The notes below the pieces were generated by a model that did not search any database, was not told the origin of the DNA, and saw only the letters and a list, made by a program, of their open reading frames with translations. A DNA stretch of 64,000 nucleotides from Candidatus Saccharimonadales bacterium. Lineage in GTDB: Bacteria; Patescibacteriota; Saccharimonadia; Saccharimonadales; UBA4665. Position numbers and translations under genes: made by a program. Below are positions 55,395 to 64,000 of this stretch, piece by piece. Where the stretch lies: assembly GCA_035248005.1 (NCBI GenBank), contig DATFHU010000006.1, forward strand, positions 17,546-81,545, given 5' to 3'. The first letter of the stretch is position 1; the number at the start of each line of letters is the position of its first letter.

Positions 55395-55919
55395 ATGCGA
55401 TGTATGCGGCGACATATAGAACGGCAGGCGGGTTACACACTCATCGAGCTGCTTTTGTATGTGTCGATTATTGGCGGCTTGTTGCTGTCGGTAACGTATT
55501 TTTTTGGCACGACCGCTGAAACGCGCGTTAAAAATCAAAGTATCAGCGAGGTGAACGACCAAGCCGCAGCCGTAATGGACACGATTACGCAGACGGTTCG
55601 TAATGCGGTATCCATTACCTCGCCCGCAGCTGGTGCGAGCGGTGCTTCCTTGACGCTAGTAGTACCTACTGGCAGTCTAAGTCCCACGGTGTTTGACTTA
55701 AGCGGCACGACTTTGCGAATAAAGGAGGGGACTGCTCCTACCATTAACCTTACGAATACCAAGGTACAGGTGACCAGTCTGACTTTTAGAAATTTGACCC
55801 GCACCGGCACTAACGGCATTGTGCAGATCAGTTTTACCATGAGCCGGGTTAATGCTAATAATCGCAACGAATACGATTTTCAGAAAACATTTACTTCTTC
55901 GGCGGAGGTAAGATGGTAA
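55395..55919 (+). CDS. Minor pilin (PilW-like)
   Basis: AGYTLIELL signal. Confidence 0.88.
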   Translation: MRCMRRHIERQAGYTLIELLLYVSIIGGLLLSVTYFFGTTAETRVKNQSISEVNDQAAAVMDTITQTVRNAVSITSPAAGASGASLTLVVPTGSLSPTVFDLSGTTLRIKEGTAPTINLTNTKVQVTSLTFRNLTRTGTNGIVQISFTMSRVNANNRNEYDFQKTFTSSAEVRW

Positions 55920-56311
55920 AGCTTCGGTCGGCTGCAAACGGGTACGTGGCTTTTATCGCCGTGCTTATTGTAGGCGCTGCGGCATTGGCTATCTCCTTGG
56001 CGGTACTATTAACCGGCGCCGACAGTCAGCGCGCTACCCTGGCCGAACAACAGTCAAAACAGGCCCGGGCATTAGCGGTGGGATGCGCACAGGAAGCTTT
56101 GCAGCAAATACACGACAACATTGCGTTTAGCGGCACAAATAATCTGTCGCTCGGCCAAGGAAATTGTACGTACACGGTTGCCGTTACCACTCCTACTACG
56201 CGCAGCGTTGCTGTTACCGGCACGGCCGGCACGGCAGTTAGAAAAATACAGGCGAACGTTACTGTCGGCTCAACAACCATAAGCGTTACTTCTTGGCAGG
56301 AAGTGTTGTGA
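55913..56311 (+). CDS. Minor pilin (PilX-like)
   Basis: NGYVAFIAVLI signal lacking E5; ARALAVGC..EAL. Confidence 0.75.
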   Translation: MVKLRSAANGYVAFIAVLIVGAAALAISLAVLLTGADSQRATLAEQQSKQARALAVGCAQEALQQIHDNIAFSGTNNLSLGQGNCTYTVAVTTPTTRSVAVTGTAGTAVRKIQANVTVGSTTISVTSWQEVL

Positions 56312-56394
56312 TGTGTGTTACAATTGCCGTATAAAGCATTAACGCTAACTAAACATAAGCTAATGATAGAATGCATAGCAAAAAGGGTGGACAG

Positions 56395-56871
56395 ATGAAA
56401 CTACTTAAGGTCATTAAAAGTCAAAAAGGCTTTACATTGCTTGAAGTACTGTTAGTCGTGGCTGTTATCGCGTTGCTTGCAGGCATTGTTATCATAGCTA
56501 TCAACCCCAACAAAAATCTAGGCGACACGCGTAACTCGCAGCGGTCGTCGGACGTGACCACTATACTCAACGCCGTATATCAGTATTCGCTCGACAACAA
56601 CGGCGGCGCTCCGCCTACTGGTACAGGCGCTGCCATTTCCGCCACGCCGACCGAGATTTGTAAAACCGGCGCTACCTGCACGGGTCTAATTGACCTTGGA
56701 GTGCTGGCCACTAATGGCAAGTATCTGGTATCTTTGCCGCTTGATCCGCAGTGTCCCACTCTTTGCGACGCAAATGGTAATGGTTACGAAATATCAAAAG
56801 ACACCAATAATCGTTATACCGTGAGCGCGCCCAATGCAGAGCAGGATAAAACTATATCGGCAACACGTTAG
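56395..56871 (+). CDS. Type IV major pilin-like 1
   Basis: KGFTLLEVLLVVAVIALLAGIVIIAINP; C-terminal Cys pairs. Confidence 0.92.
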   Translation: MKLLKVIKSQKGFTLLEVLLVVAVIALLAGIVIIAINPNKNLGDTRNSQRSSDVTTILNAVYQYSLDNNGGAPPTGTGAAISATPTEICKTGATCTGLIDLGVLATNGKYLVSLPLDPQCPTLCDANGNGYEISKDTNNRYTVSAPNAEQDKTISATR

Positions 56872-57143
56872 TGGCCGCCGGATAACTGCTATCGTTCGCT
56901 TGCAGTATGCTACAATGACCTTAGTAAGCATTAACATTATATAGATATGAAGAAGCGGATAGCTTTTATAAAAGAAGAGTTTTTGGATATGTTGCACGTT
57001 AAAGGAGCTATCAAGCGCCTGCAGCGTGGGTTTACGCTGCTCGAGGTTTTGCTGGTAGTAGCGGTTATCGCAATTTTAGCAGGCATTGTTATCATAGCTA
57101 TCAACCCCAACAAAAATCTAGGCGACACGCGTAACTCGCAGCG
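56479..57143 (+). repeat. 65-bp perfect direct repeat in the two pilin genes (56479-56543 and 57079-57143)
   Basis: GCAGGCATTGTTATCATAGCTATCAACCCCAACAAAAATCTAGGCGACACGCGTAACTCGCAGCG is identical in both copies, 600 bp apart. Confidence 0.95.
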
Positions 57144-57459
57144 TCAAACCGATGTAACAACTATTCTGAATGCAGTCTACCAATATAGCTTGGATAATAA
57201 TGGGGCGTTGCCAAGCGGTATTACCCTGACCGCCACCGAAGTCTGTAGAACAGGCGCTGGTTCATGTGCCGGTCTGGTGGATCTGAGCGTATTAACTGCG
57301 GCCGGCAAATACTTAGTGGCAATTCCGGCCGATCCGCAATGCCCCACCGTGTGTAACGCCAATGGCGTGGGGTATGAAATTAGGAGAGACGCTAATAGCC
57401 GGTTGATCGTTAATGCGCCGGACGCCGAACAGGGTAAGACTATTTCTGTGAACCGCTAG
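56947..57459 (+). CDS. Type IV major pilin-like 2
   Basis: RGFTLLEVLLVVAVIAILAGIVIIAINP; paralog of pilin 1. Confidence 0.92.
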   Translation: MKKRIAFIKEEFLDMLHVKGAIKRLQRGFTLLEVLLVVAVIAILAGIVIIAINPNKNLGDTRNSQRQTDVTTILNAVYQYSLDNNGALPSGITLTATEVCRTGAGSCAGLVDLSVLTAAGKYLVAIPADPQCPTVCNANGVGYEIRRDANSRLIVNAPDAEQGKTISVNR

Positions 57460-57597
57460 TATGCCCAAGCCAAAAGATGAGCGGCAGTTTAAGGTGTTTT
57501 TGGGCAACCCGTCAATCAAAATCTGTAAAAAAAATTACAGACATATAATACTGCTCGGTTATCATGATGAGCGATATTAACAAAAGGACAAACAAAC

Positions 57598-58308
57598 ATG
57601 ATGGTTCTGTACAATACGCTCATGGGCGTAGCCGCTGGCTTGGCCCTGATTCTGGTACCATTGCTCGGCCGTAAACTCTACCGGCGCGAACGAATAGCGC
57701 CCGAAGGCTGGTCGCTCACCTTTGCTGTTCTGGGAATTATCCTAACTTTTTTGGGCGGACTGATGACAGTGACCTGGCCGCTCACGGCAAACCCGCCAAT
57801 TAATATTATTTTCGCCGAACCCACTTTGGTGCTTGGACTTTTGCTACTTGCAGGGGCATGGTACCTGTGGCGTCAGCGATTAGTGGTTATGGCACTCGCG
57901 ACCGGCACAAAACATGAGGCGGATGAGGCGCAGACTACTATTGCGCGCGTACTTTCCCCTGTGTCTTGGCTTGTCCTGGCGCTTGGACTCATGCTGTTGG
58001 CTTGCACGCTGGCGATTTTACGCTTCGGGTTTGTGGGTGGCGCACCGGCGGAGGAGCCGATTAGCGGCCTGTTGCACGATAAGCCATGGATAGAGAATAC
58101 ATTCTTTGGCGTTATATACGGCCTGAGCGCCCTTGGCGCCCTGACAATGCCTTTCGTAGTACGCCGCCCAGCAAGCAAGCTGGCGTGGCTTATAGGTATT
58201 AGCTGGACTGTGGCAGGTGTAGCCTTTTTGTTATTTAGTGCTATGAATTACTACACGCATGTCGGCCTGCTGGTCAACCTGCTGGAAGGCAAGAATTTCG
58301 AATTTTAA
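57598..58308 (+). CDS. DUF981-like membrane protein
   Basis: YN, G..MT.TWPL...NIIF.EP motif; multiple TMs. Confidence 0.7.
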   Translation: MMVLYNTLMGVAAGLALILVPLLGRKLYRRERIAPEGWSLTFAVLGIILTFLGGLMTVTWPLTANPPINIIFAEPTLVLGLLLLAGAWYLWRQRLVVMALATGTKHEADEAQTTIARVLSPVSWLVLALGLMLLACTLAILRFGFVGGAPAEEPISGLLHDKPWIENTFFGVIYGLSALGALTMPFVVRRPASKLAWLIGISWTVAGVAFLLFSAMNYYTHVGLLVNLLEGKNFEF

Positions 58309-58360
58309 TATCAGCTGCGGATATGGTGCGCTTGTTAGTGCTTGTGCTACAATAAAAATC

Positions 58361-59521
58361 ATGCAAACCGGGCAATCCCCCCGACGGTACTCACCGCTAC
58401 TTATTATATTTGTATCTCTAGCTCTCGCTCTCATTTCGTTTTTTATACCTGTAGCTCCAGGGGTCAATAGTCCGGCCGAGGCTCACTGGCGGACTGCCGT
58501 GGCCATAGTAGTGTCGACGCTGCTGTTTGGGGCGGCGCTCTCTTTCCTAAGGGGGCTTAAAGGTTTTAAGACTAATTTAAGGGTGGCGTATATCCTGTTG
58601 GCTGTCGGTATAATTACCATGAGCCTGGCATTTTTTCAGCTGCCTATATTCGGCATATTTAATTTATGGGAAACGGATTGGGTAGACGCCGGTGGAGCTA
58701 TTTTGCCTTTTGGGTTTGCGACCATACTAGTTTACCTGGGCGCACGTAAGTTTGCTAAAACATTACAAGTGCGCAGCAAGTTAAAATCGTTTTGGCTCGT
58801 TTTTGCCGTTACTACCGTCTTTACGGTATTGCTTGGTATAGCTGGAAGCCTGTGGGTACAGTACGAATTGGAGGGTGTCGAAATATATATTGCTGTCACC
58901 GGGTGGACGGCAATATATGCCTTGTTTGCAGGTTTTCTGCTACATAAAATTACGAATACCATCGGCGTGTATTACCATAAAGCAATACGGGCGCTTGAGG
59001 TAGCTATTTTTGCACTCGGTCTGGGTGCGTTGCATGAGTCGCTTTCTACTTTTTATTTTAACAATGGTCATGCCTACAACGACTGGGGTATATATTTGTG
59101 GCCACTCGTAATTACCGGTTTATTGTTTGTTAAGGCAGGTTACGAGTTTCGTTTGCTTGCCTTGCAGGCTGTAGACGATAAAAAAGAAGAACATACTAAA
59201 GATGCCACTGACAGGGATCATATCGACAGCATAGTAGCTGTAGCCAGCCTGGCTTCGCGGCCAGAAGAAATAGATGCTATTTTGGATGACTTGCGTATGA
59301 TGACCGCGCACCTGGGTTCCGGTACAACACTAACCGCAGAAGACAGGCGACGAGCCCTTAGTATATATCATCGGCTAGAGACCTATCTAACCACCAGTGA
59401 TCCGGTGCGTAATTTTACCAAAGAAGAGGTGCGCAGTCGCGCTACGCCTGCTTTCCGTACCATTATTGACAAACACGATAAACCATTTACCTCTGCGCCT
59501 ACGCCTACCCACTCTTCGTAG
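58361..59521 (+). CDS. Polytopic membrane protein with C-terminal helical cytoplasmic domain
   Basis: About 8 TMs, then LASRPEEID.ILDDLR...Y..LE.YL...DP.R.FT.EE.R. Confidence 0.7.
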   Translation: MQTGQSPRRYSPLLIIFVSLALALISFFIPVAPGVNSPAEAHWRTAVAIVVSTLLFGAALSFLRGLKGFKTNLRVAYILLAVGIITMSLAFFQLPIFGIFNLWETDWVDAGGAILPFGFATILVYLGARKFAKTLQVRSKLKSFWLVFAVTTVFTVLLGIAGSLWVQYELEGVEIYIAVTGWTAIYALFAGFLLHKITNTIGVYYHKAIRALEVAIFALGLGALHESLSTFYFNNGHAYNDWGIYLWPLVITGLLFVKAGYEFRLLALQAVDDKKEEHTKDATDRDHIDSIVAVASLASRPEEIDAILDDLRMMTAHLGSGTTLTAEDRRRALSIYHRLETYLTTSDPVRNFTKEEVRSRATPAFRTIIDKHDKPFTSAPTPTHSS

Positions 59522-59725
59522 AACTTTAGGGGCGCGTGCAAAAAGACAGGGTCTGTACGCGGGCAAGTGTTTGCTAGGGTGATGTATTAGGTACTAATAC
59601 GCGGCACGAGCTAGATAGCCACCGGCTTACCGCATAAGAAGGAGCTGCCGCTGACCCGTATCATAGAACTTAATACGACTAGGGCTGGTAACACGGATAT
59701 GAGCCTTTGTTCCACTGCTACCACT

Positions 59726-60118
59726 TTATCTTTTTATAGCCGCGATCGCATCGATTTCTATTAAATAGCGTGGGTCGGATAGGCCGGCAACAATAACCGT
59801 TGTAATTGCCGTAGGACGTGTACCCCAAATTTTCTGTGAAGCAGCAAGGGCTTCCCGGATGTCTTGATTCTGCACAATGTATATCTGTAATTTTATAACA
59901 TCGGCCGGGGTAGCATGAGCTGCCTCCAAGGCGGCAATGACGTTTTTTAAAGCTTGCTCTGTCTGAGTGGAAAGGGTGGCGCCGACAATTTCGCCTGCGG
60001 CGTCAATAGCATTTTGCCCGCCTACGTAGACCATTCTCCCTGGGTTTTCTACAGTTACGACTTGTGTAAAGGCTGGGTTTTTGTATAGCATATCTGGATT
60101 CAAATGTGTAATCTGCAT
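59726..60118 (-). CDS. RidA/YjgF family protein
   Basis: VYVGGQ, QALKNV..AL, RP..T...VAGL..P..LIEIDAIA. Confidence 0.9.
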   Translation of the reverse strand: MQITHLNPDMLYKNPAFTQVVTVENPGRMVYVGGQNAIDAAGEIVGATLSTQTEQALKNVIAALEAAHATPADVIKLQIYIVQNQDIREALAASQKIWGTRPTAITTVIVAGLSDPRYLIEIDAIAAIKR

Positions 60119-60401
60119 GGTGCCGTGCTCCTCGCACTGGAATTAGTTCGCGGCTACATGGTACTAAATATATGAATGATCAGGCTATAAGATATACCAC
60201 AGCCGCTTCTGCTTGGTTGGGGATAGATAAGGTTAGTATAAAGTGAGCGTAAGAGGTATAGAGCATATTATGCAAATTGTTTCAGGGGAGTCAGCACCTC
60301 CAGCATAATGGCAAGGAGGGGGCGTTTGTAGAAGGCGCTAAGGGATGGCGAGTTCAAGCTAGACTAGGGGTTTGCCCTTCCTTTTGCTCATGCACCAATA
60401 C

Positions 60402-61835
60402 TTAAGTTGCAAGCAGGCGCAATTGTCGAGGGGGAAGGGGCTGTATGATCAGCCGTTCCAATTTGGTTGTAAGGTACGACTTTAAAATGCTGTATGCATC
60501 CAGGTCAAACCTGCCGGGTAGCGTCTCTATGACCGGCTCGCAGTAAGCATCTTGGCGCACTTTAGCGATAACGCACCAACGGTCGACGATTAGACCTTGG
60601 CAGGTTGCGCTGCTGCTTTTGGTTTTTTCTTGTACTAACATAGGGCCTGGGTAGGGCCAGGGATCAACTTGGGAATGAGCAAAGGCGGTGAGCAAGCGGT
60701 TATTGTATTGGCCGGGTTGTTCGCGTTCCACGCACGCGCCTTGGCATTTGCCAAGTTGTGATAAAAAGCAGGCGCCCTTGCTTTTTTCAAGGCCTAATAG
60801 TTTTGGGCAGAGCTGCCAGTCTTTGGCTATACGATCCAATGACTCCCGGGCTTTACCGCGGTGGGAATATACGGCCAGAATGTTGTCGCTGCCTGGGATG
60901 TCAGACGGGTTGGCCTCTTCCAGATGCACCGCAATATAGCCTGCATCGGTATGTACCCGCTTAGCAAGCATGACTTTGCTCACTTTACGCAATTTTTTGT
61001 TATAGAGGGGAAGCATTTCTTTGACTAATCTCGATTCGAGTAGCAGTGCCTCTAACTCGCTGTCGGTCTGATGCACCGTGATATTTTTTACGTGCTGAGC
61101 GATATTAAATTCTTGGGTATTTTCGTGGTCGCGCGTAAAATGTGACGCGACACGTTTTTTAATGTTAATACTTTTACCGACGTAAATCGGCTGGCCAGCT
61201 TCGTCCTCCATAATGTATACGCCGGCTGCTTCAGGCAGGCTTGCTAATGCATCGGCAGGCAGGCCCTTAGGCAAAGAAGGTTTTTTCAATTGGCAGGCAA
61301 GTGCCTTGCGCAGTACCTCCGGGTCTACGGTGTGTTCGATGTGCCTAAGGAACTGCCAGAGTGCGTGCGCGTCGTCGTAAGCCCGATGTCGGCTGTCGAC
61401 TTTTAGATTGTGCCGGGCAATAAGGTCGTGCAATTTATGCGTGCGGTACTGGGGATAGAGTGCGCGGCTTAACCGTACGGTACATAGCTGCCTTGGAGAA
61501 AAACTTTTACCGATCCGTCTGAACTCTTGCTTTAAAAATGAGTAATCAAAACGCACGTTGTGGGCGACAAATATAGCGCCGTCCAGTATATCGAATAGTT
61601 TGTCGGCAATTGCCAAGAACAATGGCGCATTGCGCAAATCTTTGGGGGTAATGCCGGTGAGGTTGGTAATAAATTGCGGTAACTCAGAGCCTGGGTCGAT
61701 AAGTTTACGGAATTCGTGCACGATACGTCCTTGCTCCACCCTAATCGCGGCTACTTCTATAACGCGGCCGCGGATGTGGTTTAATCCATTCGTTTCGATA
61801 TCGACTAGTACCAGTGGCTCCCCGAATACGCTCAT
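60402..61835 (-). CDS. DnaQ-like 3'-5' exonuclease fused to GIY-YIG (UvrC/Cho-like) domain
   Basis: VDIETNG, VAHNVRFD, HRA.DDA; GVY...YVGKS..I..RV..H and E.EALLLE..L.K...P.YN motifs. Confidence 0.92.
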   Translation of the reverse strand: MSVFGEPLVLVDIETNGLNHIRGRVIEVAAIRVEQGRIVHEFRKLIDPGSELPQFITNLTGITPKDLRNAPLFLAIADKLFDILDGAIFVAHNVRFDYSFLKQEFRRIGKSFSPRQLCTVRLSRALYPQYRTHKLHDLIARHNLKVDSRHRAYDDAHALWQFLRHIEHTVDPEVLRKALACQLKKPSLPKGLPADALASLPEAAGVYIMEDEAGQPIYVGKSINIKKRVASHFTRDHENTQEFNIAQHVKNITVHQTDSELEALLLESRLVKEMLPLYNKKLRKVSKVMLAKRVHTDAGYIAVHLEEANPSDIPGSDNILAVYSHRGKARESLDRIAKDWQLCPKLLGLEKSKGACFLSQLGKCQGACVEREQPGQYNNRLLTAFAHSQVDPWPYPGPMLVQEKTKSSSATCQGLIVDRWCVIAKVRQDAYCEPVIETLPGRFDLDAYSILKSYLTTKLERLIIQPLPPRQLRLLAT

Positions 61836-61895
61836 CCTTAAATTTATTATACCTTTTCATTGAGAAGTCACGGTATCCGGCCTATACTGGTGTCT

Positions 61896-63329
61896 ATGCA
61901 TGCAACCAATATAGCACCCAAGGGGCCCCTCGCGTCTTTTAAAAGAACTAAAATTATCGCTACGGTCGGACCGGCAACCTATAGCCCGGATACTGTAAGC
62001 CGGCTTATCGCGGCTGGAGCAAACGGTATCCGGCTTAACTTTAGCCACGGTACGCACGAAGAGCACGAACGTGTTATTCCATGGGCGCGTGAAGCCAGCG
62101 AAAAGCAGGGCAAGCCAGTTGCAATTATTCAGGATTTGCAGGGTCCCAAGATACGTCTGGGTGATTTTGACGGCATTATACCGGTACAGGCCGGCCAGCA
62201 CCTTAGCTTCGCGTACCAGGCAGATTATGCGGCCAGCGGCCACATACCTACGCAGTACGATTTAAGTAAAAAGGTAGAGGCAGGCGAACGATTGTACTTA
62301 TACGATGGGAAGGTGCGCTGCAAAGTCTCATCGGTACGAGCGGGCGTGGTCTATGCCAAGGCCGACAATGAAGGCATTCTGATTAAGCGTAAAGGCATTA
62401 ACTTGCCGGATACCGACTTTGGTGGCGATATTCTAACCGAAAAAGATATGAAGGATATTGCGTTTGGGGCTAAAAGGGATTTCGACTATGTTGCGCTCAG
62501 CTTTGTACAAACGGCCAATGACGTACATAACTTGCGCAAGATTTTACAAGAGCATAACAGCCGGGCCAAGATTATTGTAAAAGTCGAAACCAAAGCAGCA
62601 GTGGATAATATTGAAGAAATCATTAAAGCGACTGATGTAGTCATGGTAGCCCGCGGCGATTTGGCAGTTGAAACGCCGGCCGAGAGCGTGCCGGTGGTCC
62701 AGCGGCAAATCATCGGCTTGGGCCAAAAGTATGCCAAACCTACCATTGTTGCTACGCAAATGCTGCTTAGCATGATGGACATGCCGGAGCCAACCCGCGC
62801 CGAAGTTTCGGACGTTGCCACGGCGGTATTTATCGGCGCCGATTGCGTTATGTTGAGCGACGAGACGGCCATGGGCAAGTATCCGGTAGATGCGGTAAAA
62901 ACCATGAAGCGCGTGATTTTGTACGCCGAACAACACCCGCCGCTTAAAACTATTTATCCATTTGAGCGCGAACATACCATTGAAAATGCAGTTTCGAGCA
63001 GCGTACTTAACCTGGCAAACAATATCGACGCCAAGGCAATCGTGGCCGAAACTAAGTCCGGCGCAACAGCCCGGCAAATCGCTGCCCACCGCGCGAATAT
63101 AGCATTGCTGGCTGTTACCGACGTCCCGCGGACCGCCCAGCAACTCGTGCTGGTATATGGTGTCATGAGCTATGTCCGTCCGGCCCACAAACAGGCGGCC
63201 AACAAATTGACCGACTGGCTGCGCGGCAAAAAACTATTGCAGGCGAAAGACGTGGTAGTCATGGTTTCCGGCCGCTACCCAGGTGTTGTCGGCACCACCG
63301 ATACCATTAAGGTTCGTGTGCTGGAATAG
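61896..63329 (+). CDS. pyk: Pyruvate kinase
   Basis: TKIIATVGP, RLNFSHG, DLQGPKIR, MVARGDL.VE, ATQML.SM, RAEVSDVA and MLS.ETA.G.YP motifs. Confidence 0.97.
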   Translation: MHATNIAPKGPLASFKRTKIIATVGPATYSPDTVSRLIAAGANGIRLNFSHGTHEEHERVIPWAREASEKQGKPVAIIQDLQGPKIRLGDFDGIIPVQAGQHLSFAYQADYAASGHIPTQYDLSKKVEAGERLYLYDGKVRCKVSSVRAGVVYAKADNEGILIKRKGINLPDTDFGGDILTEKDMKDIAFGAKRDFDYVALSFVQTANDVHNLRKILQEHNSRAKIIVKVETKAAVDNIEEIIKATDVVMVARGDLAVETPAESVPVVQRQIIGLGQKYAKPTIVATQMLLSMMDMPEPTRAEVSDVATAVFIGADCVMLSDETAMGKYPVDAVKTMKRVILYAEQHPPLKTIYPFEREHTIENAVSSSVLNLANNIDAKAIVAETKSGATARQIAAHRANIALLAVTDVPRTAQQLVLVYGVMSYVRPAHKQAANKLTDWLRGKKLLQAKDVVVMVSGRYPGVVGTTDTIKVRVLE

Positions 63330-63533
63330 GATACATGTCTGCAGGCGACTCCTCGTTATCGGCATTGCAAAACGAGCAGCCCACATAGCGCATTTGCCCT
63401 CTTCTGCGCAGGCGACGATAGAGCATTACTGTAACTTACAAATTATGGGGCACACACAGCCTATCCATATCATATATCATGCAATGCCGCTTATGGTACA
63501 CTAGAGTTGAAAGAAGTAAAAAGGCGGCGATGC

Positions 63534-64000
63534 ATGTTTACGAAAAAGACAATTTACGATGTCGATTTGCAAGGCAAGCACATCCTAATGCGCGCCGATT
63601 ACAATGTGCCAATAAACAAAGACGGCACAATCAGTAACGATTACCGCTTGACTCAGTCTGTTAAAACCATCCAAGCGCTTCTGGAAAAAGATGCGCGGTT
63701 AGTTATTTGTTCACATCTCGGCAGGCCTGATGGCAAGCCCGACCCTGCTGCCAGCCTCGCCCCGGTTGCTAAGCGTTTAAGTGAACTGCTAGAACAGGAC
63801 GTGCAATTTGTGCCGGACTGCATTGGTGAAGAAGTGGAAAAGGCCGCAGCGGCTCTAAGACCCCGGCAGATCTTGCTACTCGAAAATCTACGATTTTATA
63901 AGGAAGAAGAAGCGAACGATAACGGGTTTGCTGCCAGCCTCGCCAAATTGGGCGAGCTATTCGTGCAGGACGGCTTTGGGGTAGTGCACCGGGCGCATGC
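63534..64000 (+). CDS. pgk: Phosphoglycerate kinase (N-terminal part, runs off window)
   Basis: MRADYNVP, SHLGRP, LLENLRF..EE and DGFG..HRAH motifs. Confidence 0.96.
   Translation, partial: MFTKKTIYDVDLQGKHILMRADYNVPINKDGTISNDYRLTQSVKTIQALLEKDARLVICSHLGRPDGKPDPAASLAPVAKRLSELLEQDVQFVPDCIGEEVEKAAAALRPRQILLLENLRFYKEEEANDNGFAASLAKLGELFVQDGFGVVHRAH

Noticed and set aside
59590-59680. Possible structured RNA between the 58361 gene and ridA
   Set aside because: Only a short GCGGC/GCCGC pairing; no SRP, 6S or riboswitch consensus recognised.
1562-63504. Numerous long antisense or alternate-frame ORFs in the ORF track (e.g. 1562..2320, 10287..10826, 37766..38395, 49289..49915, 62544..63188)
   Set aside because: They are shadows of well-supported genes on the other strand or frame, with no motifs of their own.
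1-64000. CRISPR array or cas genes
   Set aside because: The repeats found are separated by whole genes (0.5-5 kb), are degenerate and match tRNA ends; there are no regular 30-40 nt spacers and no cas motifs.
1-64000. Alternative genetic code 25 (TGA = Gly, as in Gracilibacteria/Absconditabacteria)
   Set aside because: Conserved genes are full length under code 11, and several end in TGA (e.g. the histidine kinase, HxlR-adjacent and pilin-region genes).

Overview
64 kb of a bacterial chromosome using the standard code (TGA = stop). It is most likely Patescibacteria (CPR), probably Saccharimonadia; this is an inference from gene content: minimal-looking murD/murI/mraY/folD, receiver-only response regulators, a type IV pilin cluster, class F sortase with LPXTG-like surface proteins, pyk/pgk, and many orphan membrane proteins. 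Housekeeping and surface-biology blocks (about 10-14 kb and 37-64 kb) flank two accessory regions, each anchored on a tRNA 3' end. (1) Downstream of tRNA-Lys(CTT) (8825-8901, minus), nearly every intergenic spacer down to about 2.4 kb carries a degenerate copy of the tRNA's last 10-11 nt. These copies are often followed by a terminator and a -10 box, and they split the region into co-oriented 1-2 gene cassettes. (2) Downstream of tRNA-Glu(TTC) (23194-23268, plus), six 35-76 bp junction repeats ending in a TCACCA-like core divide 13 kb into six functional modules: HxlR/VOC, VapBC, YafQ/RelB, phosphatase-NUDIX-phosphatase, MBL+MazEF, and a redox/sugar-nucleotide operon. The junctions encode a conserved antisense peptide. 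No integrase gene is present in the window, so both regions look like integrase-less, integron-like cassette arrays that grow at tRNA 3' ends. This is the main candidate for an undescribed system. Other highlights are a 65-bp perfectly identical tract between two otherwise diverged pilin genes, a divergent tandem FolD paralog, a sortase substrate lacking its anchor next to its sortase, surface GH114 and GH26-like hydrolases, and promoter-leader-terminator units. All family assignments come from motif recognition by eye; no database searches were run.
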